64,000 nucleotides of DNA from an uncultured Blautia sp. (GCA_937900135.1 CALCDJ010000002.1:483-64482), one strand, 5' to 3'. Positions 17,001 through 26,509 are shown, numbered from the stretch's first letter. The notes: a model not told the origin generated them from the sequence alone. Program-made: numbers and translations.

Positions 17001-17601
17001 CGCTCTGGTATCCGGACACATCGGAAAAGCCCGTGACGGTATCCTGATGCTGAAAGCTAAGAATAACAGCCAGGGTCTCATTGACCTGGGCATCACTGCA
17101 GGCGCAGAAGCAATGGAAGGCGTAAAAGCCCTTCTGGTATTCGGCGAAGACGTTCCTGCAGAAGCGCTGAAAGAGCTGGTATTCTTAATGGTTTGCGATA
17201 CACACATGACAGAAACTGCTAAGAAGGCAGACGTTGTCATTCCTGGAACAGGATTCGCTTCCACTTATGGTACTTACACCAATACTGAGCGCAGACTCCA
17301 GGTAGTAGAACAGGCCATCGAAGAAGACGTGATCTTCACCAACTGGGAAGTTGCTGCAGAACTGGCTCACGTTTACGAAGTGGAAATGCCATTTGATGAT
17401 ATCGAAGACATTTCTGACGAAATGAACGAGAAACTTCCGGTTTATCGTTATGCAGAGATGGGCGAAATCAGCGGAGGCGTTCTGGAATGCAAGGACGCAG
17501 CTCTGGTTGCAGTAGAAGACGGTGCATTCGTTGCTCCTCTTACCTGTACAGATCATCTCACCAACATGATCGATGCCAGACTTCCGAAGGCAAGCAAATA
17601 A
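14098..17601 (+). CDS. NuoG-like Fe-S protein with inserted GltD/NfnB FAD-NADP domain and molybdopterin-oxidoreductase-like C-terminus (StnC-like)
   Basis: PTLC/GACGLC [2Fe-2S]; CKLACP, GRVCPHPCE, GGGPYG, GGGNTAMD, YRR; CILCGLC, CISCGQC; TCSHCSVGC; no H-cluster motifs; GTG start with AGGAGG. Confidence 0.85.
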   Translation: MNKYRLNIDGKEVYGLPGQTILEVCKENDIFIPTLCYDERTEIYGACGLCMVEMEGNPKLWKACATEIAPNMVIHTNTPRVIESRKTNLELLLSNHKGDCRPPCKLACPAGTDCQGYVGLIANGEYEEAIKLIRENIPLPGAIGRVCPHPCETACRRGMVDEPIAIANLKRFAADADEFGEDPFMPECEPDTGKNVAIIGGGPYGLSMAYFLRQLGHDVTIYEAMPKLGGMLRYGIPEYRLPKEVLDEEIALIERMGVTMITNTKIGEDISFETIKRDYDAVCVGIGAWVSTGVRCKGEDAEGVIGGIDFLRKVVRNEPIDLGKNVAIVGGGNTAMDACRTAVRLGAEKVYNIYRRTKDEMPADMIEIEEGEEEGVIFLNLTNPLEIISDENGHCRQMVLQVMELGEPDASGRRAPVPVEGETKTIDVDTVILAIGQKVNAAGIEGVELTRKGGIVYDTNTFMTAIPGVFAGGDCGNDKISIAVESIADAKKGCLVVDAYLRGEEIAYEPNYYVTRNDLSPASFEDRERMCRPTMEQLNAEERKDNFTEVVFGYDEEQAQAEAERCLECGCKDYFECKLISYANMYDVKPDRFAGDINEVEFHDEHPFILRDPNKCILCGLCVRACDEVMGVGALGLVKRGFDTVVKPALELPLSETGCISCGQCVSVCPTGALQENLSIAKSVPLDTEVTDTTCSHCSVGCSMHLESYGDMLIKAVPDKEGAVNKGLLCGRGKFGFDCSVLGDKLFEPLARKNGDLVEVDYHEAFVLVAKKAEALAAKYGKDAVAVAISDRYTNEEAYVMKKLADSIGAKTLCFNNRENGLEKVLGVNASPNTINELLSAEVILCAGFIAKENQVIRLKLKQAAANGAKVILVNPEGYEQDHMSFVYKTVTTDNTLGFFKGVAKALVDMGKGAGTAGFDAFKASVEGASVCDEVKAVAELYANAKKAMIVFQQNVVSTEAATLLADIALVSGHIGKARDGILMLKAKNNSQGLIDLGITAGAEAMEGVKALLVFGEDVPAEALKELVFLMVCDTHMTETAKKADVVIPGTGFASTYGTYTNTERRLQVVEQAIEEDVIFTNWEVAAELAHVYEVEMPFDDIEDISDEMNEKLPVYRYAEMGEISGGVLECKDAALVAVEDGAFVAPLTCTDHLTNMIDARLPKASK

Positions 17602-17613
17602 TGAACAGATAAT

Positions 17614-17652
17614 AAGACCCTGCATGGCGGCTGCTGTGCAGGGTTTTCTTTT
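17614..17652 (+). terminator. Rho-independent terminator
   Basis: ACCCTGCATGGC / GCTGTGCAGGGT stem followed by TTTCTTTT. Confidence 0.85.
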
Positions 17653-17655
17653 TCA

Positions 17656-17684
17656 TTGTATCTGGTAGCAAATTGTGTTATACT
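17656..17684 (+). promoter_or_regulatory. Putative sigma-A promoter of uppP-ftsK
   Basis: TTGTAT-17 bp-TATACT with TGn. Confidence 0.6.
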
Positions 17685-17769
17685 ATTTAAGATAGTGGGT
17701 ATCCACATAAAAAAATAAAAACACAGCAGTCTGAAACAAATCCAGACAGACTGTGATGAGGTTAAACAT

Positions 17770-18645
17770 ATGTCAGTCTTATATGCAATCTTATTAGGTA
17801 TTGTACAGGGAATTACAGAGTTTCTTCCTGTGAGCAGCTTCGGTCATCTGGATCTGATCCAGTCTCTCATGGGCATTAACCGGGGTCCGGGGGTTCTTTT
17901 TGAGGTGATGCTGCACATGGGTACCCTTGCAGCTGTTGTTCTCTTTTTCTTCCGGGATATCCGGCAGATCGCCATAGAACTGGTGGGTCTGGTGGGAGAT
18001 CTGGTGGGAAATGTACATCTGTATATCCACAATAAGAGAACGGGAGACCATCTTCATTACGCCAAACTGGTGCAGGGAAGTTACCGTAAGTTTACGGTTC
18101 TCATCCTGGTTGCCACCATACCCACCGCTTTGCTGGGATATCAGGCAAGAGCCCTGGTAGTGCGGGCGTCCATCTCGCCTCTGTTTTGCGCGGCAGCCCT
18201 TTTGATCACGGGAATGCTGCTTCTTATTGTGGATCTGGGTCAGTCTGGCGGAACCAAGACCCCAAGAGATACCACCTATGGCGATGCCATGTGGGTGGGA
18301 ATCTGTCAGGGAATCGCCGTACTTCCCGGTTTTTCCAGAAGCGGTCTGACCATCAGCGCTGCGCTTCTGTGCGGACTCAGCCGCAAATTTGCTGTGAAAT
18401 TTTCCTATATCCTGTCCATTCCGGCGATTCTGGGAGCCATGTTCCTTGAACTGGGGGAATTTACTTCTCCTGGCATGAATGTGGGACTGGGCTTTACCTT
18501 TTTCCTTGGTATGCTGATTGCAGGAATCACAGGTATTTTCACCATCCGCCTTTTGCTGGGACTGATCCAGAAGAAGAAATTCCGCTTTTTTGCGTACTAT
18601 TGCTTTGTAGCAGGGATTCTGGCACTGGTGGGAATTTTTGTTTAA
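17770..18645 (+). CDS. uppP: Undecaprenyl-diphosphate phosphatase (BacA family)
   Basis: GIVQGITEFLPVSSxGH and PGFSRSG motifs; multi-TM. Confidence 0.93.
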   Translation: MSVLYAILLGIVQGITEFLPVSSFGHLDLIQSLMGINRGPGVLFEVMLHMGTLAAVVLFFFRDIRQIAIELVGLVGDLVGNVHLYIHNKRTGDHLHYAKLVQGSYRKFTVLILVATIPTALLGYQARALVVRASISPLFCAAALLITGMLLLIVDLGQSGGTKTPRDTTYGDAMWVGICQGIAVLPGFSRSGLTISAALLCGLSRKFAVKFSYILSIPAILGAMFLELGEFTSPGMNVGLGFTFFLGMLIAGITGIFTIRLLLGLIQKKKFRFFAYYCFVAGILALVGIFV

Positions 18646-18695
18646 CCATGGCTGCCGCCGGGCAGTAAGTATAGAAATAGGAGGGGAGCCGTTTT

Positions 18696-21248
18696 ATGGC
18701 AAGTTCAGGTAAGAATACGAAGGGGAGAAAGAAAACAACACAGAGCAGACAAAAACAGACAGCAGCATCCAGTGGTTTTCAGAATGAGATCATTCTTCTG
18801 ATTATTCTGGCCGCATGTATCATTCTGATGGTAAGTAATTTCGGAATGGGCGGATTCGTCGGGGATGCCATCAGTTCCTTCACCTTTGGAGCCATGGGAC
18901 TTCTGGCCTATGCCTTTCCTGTGCTTCTGTTTCTTGGAGCTGCCTTTCTTCTGTCTAACCGCAAAAACCGCCTGGCCTATAAGAAGGTCTTTGCAGGCAT
19001 TGTATTTTTTGTGTTTTTGTGTGGTTTTGTACAGCTTTTGACAGAAGGATACATGAAGAGTACCACACTTATTGATTATTATACCCTTTGTTCTGATTAT
19101 CATACCGGAGGAGGTGTGGTGGGAGGCGCCATCTGCATATCCACCAGCTCTGCCTTTGGGGTAATCGGAGGATATGTCATCATCGTCATGGTGCTTCTGA
19201 TCAGTATGATCATTGTAACCCAGCGATCTTTCTTTGGATTCCTTAACAAAGTGGGAACAGGAATTTACCGCCTCTTCAAAGGAGGCCACGACCGGTATCT
19301 GGAGGGAGCGCCGGAGCGGGAGCTGAAGAAAGAGCTTCGCGCCCAGGAACGCCGCCAGCGGAAGGAAGAGCGCATCAGAGAACTGGAAGAAGCCCTGATA
19401 GAAGAGGAAGAAGAGGAGCTTACCCAGGCTCTCCATGCTTCTCCCAAAGAAAAAAAACAGAAGCAGAAGAATCTGTTTCAGATTCCCAAATTGAAAGAAA
19501 CCCTTCCCGAAGAACCAGAGGAAGAGAAAAACGAGCCACTTCCCGAAGAGAAGCCTTCCCAGGAAATTTCCTCACGGAAAACTTCCCAGGGACAGGTGGA
19601 GTTTCAGATTCACCGCTCTCAGCCAGTGATGGAGGAAGAAGAAGAACCCACGGAGGACACCCAGCCCCCTTTTTCGGAGGAACCGAAGGCCACAAGACAG
19701 CCTTCCAGGAATCCCAAGTCTTCCCCGAAGGAGATTGAAAGCGGCATTGTGAACATCCAGAAGGAGATTAATCAGCAGGAAGCCCCTATAAAAAGAAAAT
19801 ACCAGTATCCCCCTCTCAAGCTCTTAAAGAGAGGCGATGGAAAAACCCAGGGAGATTCCGATGCTCATCTGCGCAAAACCGCCCAGAAGCTCCAGGAAAC
19901 CCTCCATAACTTCGGGGTGAATGTTACAGTAACCAACGTTAGCTGCGGTCCTACGGTAACCCGTTATGAGCTTCAGCCGGAAATGGGTGTAAAGGTAAGT
20001 AAGATTGTAAGCCTGGCAGATGACATTAAGCTGAATCTGGCCACACCGGATATCCGAATTGAGGCCCCCATTCCAGGAAAGGCTGCCGTGGGAATCGAAG
20101 TACCCAACAAAGAAAACAGCGCCGTAATGCTCCGGGATCTTTTGCAGTCCCAGGAATTCCAGGGCGCCAGATCCAAGCTGTCCTTTGCGGCAGGAAAGGA
20201 CATTGCCGGCAAACCAGTGATCACAGACATTGCCAAAATGCCCCACCTGCTTATTGCCGGCGCCACCGGCTCCGGTAAATCCGTATGTATCAACACACTG
20301 ATCATCAGTATTCTTTATAAAGCAAGCCCAGACGAAGTGAAGCTGATCATGATCGACCCCAAGGTGGTGGAATTAAGCGTATACAATGGCATTCCCCATT
20401 TGTTCATTCCTGTGGTCACAGACCCCAAGAAGGCAGCCGGCGCGCTGAACTGGGCCGTTTCTGAGATGACCTCCCGGTATAACACCTTTGCAGAATATGG
20501 TGTCCGGAACCTGGGAGAATACAACAAAAAAGTAGAAGCCATGAGGGTGCCGGAAGGAGAAACTCCTCCGGAAAAAATGCCTCAGATTGTGATTATCGTT
20601 GACGAGCTGGCAGACCTTATGATGGTGGCTCCGGGAGAAGTGGAAGATGCCATCTGCCGTCTGGCTCAGCTGGCCAGAGCCGCAGGAATTCATCTGATCA
20701 TTGCTACACAGCGTCCTTCTGTAAATGTCATTACCGGTCTGATCAAAGCCAATATGCCTTCCAGAATCGCCTTTTCAGTGTCCTCTGGTGTGGACTCCCG
20801 AACCATTCTGGATATGAACGGCGCAGAAAAGCTCCTTGGCAAAGGCGATATGCTCTTTTATCCCCAGGGATACCAGAAGCCGGCCCGGCTCCAGGGCGCC
20901 TTTGTATCAGATGAAGAGGTAAGCCAGGTAGTTGCTTATCTGGCAGAGAAAAACCCCAAGACGGAATACGACACCAAGATTGAACAGCAGGTTACGGCTG
21001 TGAGCAGTTCTTCAGGAGGTGGAAGCGAAGATCGGGATATCCATTTTGAGGAAGCAGGCAAGTTTATCATCGAAAAAGAGAAGGCCTCCATTGGCATGCT
21101 CCAGCGTATGTTTAAAATCGGCTTCAACCGGGCGGCCCGGATTATGGACCAGCTCTGTGATGCCGGTGTGGTGGGCCCCGAAGAGGGAACCAAACCCCGT
21201 AAGGTCCTTATGACCATGGAAGAATTTCAAAATTATCTGGAAGAATAA
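18696..21248 (+). CDS. ftsK: DNA translocase FtsK/SpoIIIE
   Basis: 4TM N-terminus, linker, MPHLLIAGATGSGKS, IVDELADLMM, ATQRPS, gamma domain IGFNRAAR. Confidence 0.96.
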   Translation: MASSGKNTKGRKKTTQSRQKQTAASSGFQNEIILLIILAACIILMVSNFGMGGFVGDAISSFTFGAMGLLAYAFPVLLFLGAAFLLSNRKNRLAYKKVFAGIVFFVFLCGFVQLLTEGYMKSTTLIDYYTLCSDYHTGGGVVGGAICISTSSAFGVIGGYVIIVMVLLISMIIVTQRSFFGFLNKVGTGIYRLFKGGHDRYLEGAPERELKKELRAQERRQRKEERIRELEEALIEEEEEELTQALHASPKEKKQKQKNLFQIPKLKETLPEEPEEEKNEPLPEEKPSQEISSRKTSQGQVEFQIHRSQPVMEEEEEPTEDTQPPFSEEPKATRQPSRNPKSSPKEIESGIVNIQKEINQQEAPIKRKYQYPPLKLLKRGDGKTQGDSDAHLRKTAQKLQETLHNFGVNVTVTNVSCGPTVTRYELQPEMGVKVSKIVSLADDIKLNLATPDIRIEAPIPGKAAVGIEVPNKENSAVMLRDLLQSQEFQGARSKLSFAAGKDIAGKPVITDIAKMPHLLIAGATGSGKSVCINTLIISILYKASPDEVKLIMIDPKVVELSVYNGIPHLFIPVVTDPKKAAGALNWAVSEMTSRYNTFAEYGVRNLGEYNKKVEAMRVPEGETPPEKMPQIVIIVDELADLMMVAPGEVEDAICRLAQLARAAGIHLIIATQRPSVNVITGLIKANMPSRIAFSVSSGVDSRTILDMNGAEKLLGKGDMLFYPQGYQKPARLQGAFVSDEEVSQVVAYLAEKNPKTEYDTKIEQQVTAVSSSSGGGSEDRDIHFEEAGKFIIEKEKASIGMLQRMFKIGFNRAARIMDQLCDAGVVGPEEGTKPRKVLMTMEEFQNYLEE

Positions 21249-21253
21249 AACCT

Positions 21254-22351
21254 ATGAAATGTCCAAAATGTCACAAAGAAGTAAAAAAGGGCTCCCTGTA
21301 TTGTCCCAATTGTCTCACGGAAATTCCGTGGGTACAGGAATTTAATTCTGTGGAGACCCTGATGGAAAAAAAGAAGCGGGAAGAACCTTCTAAGGGCTCT
21401 CTGCATCTTCGGACCAAATGGCACAGACGGAGCCGCAGGCTTCGGCTGTTCTGGATTCGCAGGCGCAGAGAGGTCGTAATTCTTTGCGCGGTTTTTGCCG
21501 CAATTCTGGGAGGCTTTTTTTACCATCAGCTTCATACCTTCCCGGTTCTCTATGAACGGGCCAGTAAGGAATTTCAAAACGGTGACTATGAGCGGGCCAT
21601 GAAATATACCCAGGAGGCTCTGGAGCAGCGGGGAAATGACCTTTCTGCCAACCTGCTTCTTGCCCAGATCCAACAGGCAGAAGGGGAAACGGATTCTGCA
21701 ATTCTGGTGCTCCGTTCTCTCTTTCAGGAGTATCCGGACAGCGTACAGCTGTATCAGCTGATGCTGGAGCTTCTTTATTCCAAGGAGGAACTGCTGGAAA
21801 TCCGGGCGCTTATGGAAAGCTGTACCTCCCCCAAGGTACGGGAGGCATGCAGCGATTATATCTGCGAGGAGCCAGTAAGCAGCCTGCCCCCGGGAACCTA
21901 TACTTCCGCGCAGGAGGTGGCCCTCTCTGCAGAATACGAGGATATTTATTATACCCTGGACGGAAGCATTCCAGACAGCAACAGTCAGAAATACACAAAA
22001 CCCCTGGCTCTCACAGAAGGAGTCACCACGCTTCACGCCATAGGCTATAACAAAAAAGGCATTCCCAGTGAGATCATCGGCCGGAAATATGTCATCGTGG
22101 AGAGCGCTCCCAATCCGCCGGAAATCCTTCCGGAAAGCGGTTCCTACACGGAAGCCACCTCCATTGAACTGACAGTCCCCGATGGCTGCCGGGCTTACTA
22201 TGCCTTTGACAAGGAGCCGGATGTGAACAGTACCGAATACACCACACCCATTGGAATGCCCCAGGGCTATCATGTGTTTTATGCCATTTTGGTGGCAGCC
22301 AACGGAAAAATCAGTGAAACAGCCAGTCGTACCTATTATCTGGAATACTAA
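21254..22351 (+). CDS. Membrane protein: zinc ribbon, TM, TPR-like helices and two Fn3-associated/chitobiase-C-terminal domains
   Basis: CPKC...CPNC; TM; helical repeats; PGTY...IYYTLDGSIP and SGSY...YYAFD repeats. Confidence 0.75.
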   Translation: MKCPKCHKEVKKGSLYCPNCLTEIPWVQEFNSVETLMEKKKREEPSKGSLHLRTKWHRRSRRLRLFWIRRRREVVILCAVFAAILGGFFYHQLHTFPVLYERASKEFQNGDYERAMKYTQEALEQRGNDLSANLLLAQIQQAEGETDSAILVLRSLFQEYPDSVQLYQLMLELLYSKEELLEIRALMESCTSPKVREACSDYICEEPVSSLPPGTYTSAQEVALSAEYEDIYYTLDGSIPDSNSQKYTKPLALTEGVTTLHAIGYNKKGIPSEIIGRKYVIVESAPNPPEILPESGSYTEATSIELTVPDGCRAYYAFDKEPDVNSTEYTTPIGMPQGYHVFYAILVAANGKISETASRTYYLEY

Positions 22352-22382
22352 CCAGAATATCATCTATACAGGAGGAATTATT

Positions 22383-22682
22383 ATGGTAAAGCATATTGTT
22401 ATGTGGTCCTTTAAAGAAGAAGTAACAGGAGAAGAAAGAGAAGAAGCAGCCAAAAAGATCAAGGAAGGGCTGGAAGGTCTGGTAGGCATTGTTCCCGGAC
22501 TTTTAAGCGCAAGAGTGGTAGTTGCACCCTTGGCTTCCAGCACCCACGACCTTTGTCTTCTCACAGAACTGGATTCGGAAGCTTCCCTGAAAGCTTATGC
22601 CACCAATCCGGATCACTTAAAGGTAGCCACCTTTGTTCGCAGCGTCACCTGTAACCGCGCGGCTATGGATTACGAAAACTAA
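22383..22682 (+). CDS. Dabb (stress-responsive A/B barrel) family protein
   Basis: MVKHIVMW...YATNPDH..V...DYE; AGGAGG RBS before ATG 22383. Confidence 0.85.
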   Translation: MVKHIVMWSFKEEVTGEEREEAAKKIKEGLEGLVGIVPGLLSARVVVAPLASSTHDLCLLTELDSEASLKAYATNPDHLKVATFVRSVTCNRAAMDYEN

Positions 22683-23161
22683 TGGAAATCCGAATTGTAA
22701 CCGTAGGAAAAATCAAAGAAAAATACTTAAATGACGGCATTGCAGAATACGCCAAGCGTCTTAGCCGGTATTGCCGTCTCAGTTTTCATCAGGTGGCAGA
22801 TGAAAAGACACCGGACAAAGCCTCAGATGCCTTGAATCGGCAGATCAAGGACATCGAAGGAGAGCGGTTGATGAAACAGATCCGGGATCAGGACTATGTG
22901 ATTGCTCTGGCCATTGACGGAAAGATGCTGGACTCTGTGGAACTGTCCCAGCGGTTAAGCCGTCTTGGAGTGGAAGGCAAAAGTTCCCTTACCTTTGTTA
23001 TCGGAGGCTCTCTGGGACTTTCTGATCAGATGCTGAACCGGGCAGATTTTAAGCTGAGTTTTTCCAAAATGACCTTTCCCCACCAGTTGATGCAGATGAT
23101 CCTTCTGGAGCAGATCTACCGCAGCTTCCGCATCCAGAACGGAGAGCCCTACCATAAGTAA
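22682..23161 (+). CDS. rlmH: 23S rRNA (pseudouridine1915-N3)-methyltransferase
   Basis: [37 protein letters not shown]. Confidence 0.97.
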   Translation: MEIRIVTVGKIKEKYLNDGIAEYAKRLSRYCRLSFHQVADEKTPDKASDALNRQIKDIEGERLMKQIRDQDYVIALAIDGKMLDSVELSQRLSRLGVEGKSSLTFVIGGSLGLSDQMLNRADFKLSFSKMTFPHQLMQMILLEQIYRSFRIQNGEPYHK

Positions 23162-23198
23162 AAAAGGGCCAAAAATACCACAAACACCGGAGAATATT

Positions 23199-24137
23199 AT
23201 GCAGGATTACATGGCACCCATGGAGGGTGTGACCAATTATATTTATCGAAACGCCTATCACAAATTTTTTTATCCCATGGATAAATACTTTACTCCCTTC
23301 CTTTCCGCCAAACCCAACAAAAGACTAAGCGACAAGGAAATCCGGGAAATCTCCCCGGAAACCAATCCAGGGCTTCCTGTCATTCCCCAGATCCTTGGCA
23401 ACCAAGGGGATGATTTCATAGAAACAGCCCGTCTTGTCATGGATTACGGCCATCAGGAGATCAACCTGAATCTGGGCTGTCCCTCCGGGACTGTGACTGC
23501 CAAAGGCAAGGGCGCCGGATTCCTGGGAGAACCGGAGAAGCTGGATCGGTTTCTGGATCAGATTTTTTCCGGACTGGATATCCGGATTTCTATAAAAACA
23601 AGGATTGGAACCCATTACGAAGAGGACTGGGAGGAGCTTCTGAAGATTTATCAGAAATATCCCATCCAGGAGCTGATCATCCATCCCCGTCTTCTGAAGG
23701 ATTATTACCAGAACCATCCAAGGCTGGAAACTTTTGAGGAAGCAGTCAAGGTCTGCAAAATGCCTCTCTGTTACAATGGAGATCTGTTCACCGTGGATGC
23801 CTGTGAAACAATCGCCCGGCGTTTTCCCACCATATCCAGTCTGATGTATGGCAGAGGACTGATCCGCAATCCTTTCCTGGTTGGAATGTTCCGGGAAGGA
23901 CGTATGCCGGACAAAAAAGTGCTTAGAAGCTTTCATGAGGAAGTGTACCATGCGTATCAGGAGCAGGTCAGTGGAGAGCGCAATGTGCTGTTCCGCATGA
24001 AGGAGTTCTGGAGTTATCAGGGCGCCCTGTTTGCAGACAGCGAGAAACTAATGAAAAAAATAAAAAAAGCGCAGCATTTAAGGGAATATGAGTCGGTTGT
24101 CTCTGCGCTCTTTGCCCAGTGTTCCCTTCGTGTCTGA
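23199..24137 (+). CDS. tRNA-dihydrouridine synthase family protein
   Basis: APMEG, NLNLGCPS, SIKTRIG, IIHPR, YNGD, GRG. Confidence 0.9.
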   Translation: MQDYMAPMEGVTNYIYRNAYHKFFYPMDKYFTPFLSAKPNKRLSDKEIREISPETNPGLPVIPQILGNQGDDFIETARLVMDYGHQEINLNLGCPSGTVTAKGKGAGFLGEPEKLDRFLDQIFSGLDIRISIKTRIGTHYEEDWEELLKIYQKYPIQELIIHPRLLKDYYQNHPRLETFEEAVKVCKMPLCYNGDLFTVDACETIARRFPTISSLMYGRGLIRNPFLVGMFREGRMPDKKVLRSFHEEVYHAYQEQVSGERNVLFRMKEFWSYQGALFADSEKLMKKIKKAQHLREYESVVSALFAQCSLRV

Positions 24138-24156
24138 GCCTTTTTCAGGAGGATTT

Positions 24157-24702
24157 ATGGATTTACAACGGTTTGAGGAATTTATTTCCCAGTATCCCAT
24201 TTATGAATATCGTCTTATAGAAACGAAGGATTTGTCTGTAGCGGAACGTGTGCGGATCATCTGTGAAAAAGAATGTGAGCGTTACAACACCACCTGGGCC
24301 TGTCCTCCCGGAGTGGGCACCCTAAAAGAATGCGAACAGAAGATCAAGTCCTATCCCCAGGCCATCTTTTTTTCCAGTGTGGCAGAAGTTTCAGATCTTT
24401 TGAATATGGAAGAGATGCTTTCCACCAGAGACGCCCATGAGGCCCTTACCACCGCGGTGGGGGATTTTCTTAAGGAAGAGGGGCTGGAGGTTTATATCCT
24501 GTCCACAGAATCCTGTGATCTCTGCGAGGAATGCGCTTACAAGGAAGGGAAGCCTTGCCGTTTTCCGGAGAAAATGCATCCCTGCCTGGAAAGCCATGGC
24601 GTGGTAGCCGCAGAAATCGTTGAGCGGGAACAGATGGAGTATGACCTGGGAGGAAACACCATCCTCTGGTTTTCCATGATCCTTTTCCGCGAAAAGCAAT
24701 AA
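24157..24702 (+). CDS. DUF2284-like metal-binding protein
   Basis: ICEKECERYNTTWACPP, SCDLCEEC..PCRFP..HPCLESHG. Confidence 0.8.
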   Translation: MDLQRFEEFISQYPIYEYRLIETKDLSVAERVRIICEKECERYNTTWACPPGVGTLKECEQKIKSYPQAIFFSSVAEVSDLLNMEEMLSTRDAHEALTTAVGDFLKEEGLEVYILSTESCDLCEECAYKEGKPCRFPEKMHPCLESHGVVAAEIVEREQMEYDLGGNTILWFSMILFREKQ

Positions 24703-24723
24703 ATCAGGGATTTCCCAAAAGAT

Positions 24724-24752
24724 GCATAAGAATTTTCCCTCTGGCATACATT
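24724..24752 (+). promoter_or_regulatory. Putative sigma-E promoter of yqfC-yqfD
   Basis: GCATAAG...CATACATT; yqfCD is a known sigma-E operon. Confidence 0.6.
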
Positions 24753-24778
24753 ACAACAAAAAGCCAGGGGGATTTTTT

Positions 24779-25081
24779 ATGAAAAAAATGGACCACCTGA
24801 AGAACCAGCTGGTAACGGCGCTGGAGGTTCCGGCTGACCTGGCCTACGGGGAGCCTGTGGTTACGGTGACAGGAAAGCATCGGGCTGTGGTGGAAAATTA
24901 CCGCAGCATCCTCCGCTACACAAAAGAAGAAATCCTTCTCCTGACCATGCATGGCAGGCTATCCATCCAGGGAAGGGGACTGAAGATTCCCTGCTACCAT
25001 GGGGAGGAAATGGAAATTACCGGGTGCATTTTTGGCGTCTTTCTGGAACCGCCGGAGGAAAGCCCATGGAAAAAATCCTGA
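24779..25081 (+). CDS. yqfC: Sporulation protein YqfC (YabP family)
   Basis: LEVPADL..G.PVVTVTG...VENYRSILRY; upstream of yqfD. Confidence 0.88.
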   Translation: MKKMDHLKNQLVTALEVPADLAYGEPVVTVTGKHRAVVENYRSILRYTKEEILLLTMHGRLSIQGRGLKIPCYHGEEMEITGCIFGVFLEPPEESPWKKS

Positions 25082-26295
25082 ATCGTCTGTCCGGTACCGT
25101 GAAGCTTCTGGTGACAGGAGCCCAGACCGGACGGTTTCTGAACCTTTGCAAGGCCAACGGAATCCTTCTGAAGGAGATTTGCGCCTGGGAGGAAACCAGC
25201 TTCACCTGCAGCCTTCCTCTGAGCCAGTTCTTTCTTCTGGGCCCCATCCGAAGAAAAACCAGGGTGCGGATACATATTCTGGAAAAACGGGGACTGCCTT
25301 TTTTTCTTCACCGGAACCAAAAGCGGAAAACCTTTTTTGTCAGTCTGCTCCTGGCTCTTTGTCTTACGGGGATTCTGTCTCTGCGCATCTGGAACATTCA
25401 TATAGAGGGAAATGAGAAAAACAGCACCCCGGAGCTTTTGTCCTTTCTGGAAGGCCAGGGCATTGTCCACGGAATCCCCAAACACAGGATCAACTGCAGC
25501 GACATTGCTGCGTCAGTACGTAAGGCGTATCCGGAAATCACCTGGGTTTCCGCCAGGGTGGAAGGGGTACGCCTGATTCTCACGGTACAGGAGGGGGCCT
25601 TTCCCAAAGTCCAGAAACAGGAACAGGAAACTCCCTGCAGTCTGGTTTCCCAGTGTACCGGCACCATTGTGGATATGGTAACACGAAGGGGAGTGCCGGT
25701 GCTTCAGGTGGGAGATACCTGCGAAAAAGGAGAGCTTCTGGTGGAAGGGCGTCTGGAAATCAAAAATGACAGCCAGGAGGTAATCCGGTATGACTACGTT
25801 CCCTCAGATGCAGATATCTATGTCCGCCACAAGCTGGCTTACTACGAAAGCATTCCCAGAGTTTATGAGAAACAGACCTTTACCGGAAAAGAAGAGAAGG
25901 GCTTCTTTCTGAAGCTGGGCTCATGGAATCTGTTTCTGGGGCCAGGACAAAGAGAAAACCATGATCTGCTCCTGGAAGAAAAGCCACTTCGCCTTACTGA
26001 AAACTTTACTCTTCCCCTTTCCTTTGGCACCCTTTTGTCCCGGGAATTCCAAAAAGAAAAGGGCAGATACACAAAGGAACAGGTTAAAGAAAAAGCGTTG
26101 GCCCGCCTTCATCTTTACCAGAAGAAACTATTGTCCCGGGGAATCCAGATTGTGGATCAGTCCCTGAAAACCCAGGTCACGGAAGAGGCCTGCACCGTAC
26201 GGGGCTATTTCACGGTAATCGAAAAAACAGGAAAAAAAGTCTCGGTAGAACGGCTGCCTCAGCCCAAATCAGAAGAAGAACCACATGTTTTCTGA
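25066..26295 (+). CDS. yqfD: Sporulation protein YqfD (stage IV)
   Basis: RFLNLC, KRGLPF, TM, IWNIHIEGN, ITWVS, GELLVEG; GGAGG RBS before ATG 25066. Confidence 0.9.
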   Translation: MEKILNRLSGTVKLLVTGAQTGRFLNLCKANGILLKEICAWEETSFTCSLPLSQFFLLGPIRRKTRVRIHILEKRGLPFFLHRNQKRKTFFVSLLLALCLTGILSLRIWNIHIEGNEKNSTPELLSFLEGQGIVHGIPKHRINCSDIAASVRKAYPEITWVSARVEGVRLILTVQEGAFPKVQKQEQETPCSLVSQCTGTIVDMVTRRGVPVLQVGDTCEKGELLVEGRLEIKNDSQEVIRYDYVPSDADIYVRHKLAYYESIPRVYEKQTFTGKEEKGFFLKLGSWNLFLGPGQRENHDLLLEEKPLRLTENFTLPLSFGTLLSREFQKEKGRYTKEQVKEKALARLHLYQKKLLSRGIQIVDQSLKTQVTEEACTVRGYFTVIEKTGKKVSVERLPQPKSEEEPHVF

Positions 26296-26386
26296 AAAAA
26301 ATATAGTAAATAAAAAAGTGACGAACTTTATGAGAAGGCTTTCTCCTTTGCAACTGGGAAAACAGACAAAAGAAGGGGAGCATTTA

Positions 26387-26415
26387 TTGACAAATTCGGC
26401 AAATTGAATTATGAT
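26387..26415 (+). promoter_or_regulatory. Putative sigma-A promoter of the pilus locus
   Basis: TTGACA-17 bp-TATGAT. Confidence 0.7.
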
Positions 26416-26509
26416 CAAAAGTACCATTGATAAAAAATACAAAAAATGATAAAAAAATCGAATATGATTTTTCCAAAAACCATATTCCTGGAAGGAAGGA
26501 AAAACGCGT

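Noticed and set aside
11804..17601. [FeFe]-hydrogenase, formate dehydrogenase or respiratory complex I
   Set aside because: No H-cluster motifs, no recognisable Mo-ligand/Sec region, no membrane nuo genes; the GltD-like insert points to a transhydrogenase.
21233..22363. Long antisense ORFs (also 1923-2762, 49010-49921, 54024-54830, 61472-62242)
   Set aside because: Shadows of well-supported + strand genes, with no motifs or evident RBS.
23140..23198. SCCmec-like element integrated at the rlmH 3' end
   Set aside because: No duplication of the rlmH 3' end, no recombinase, and a housekeeping gene follows directly.
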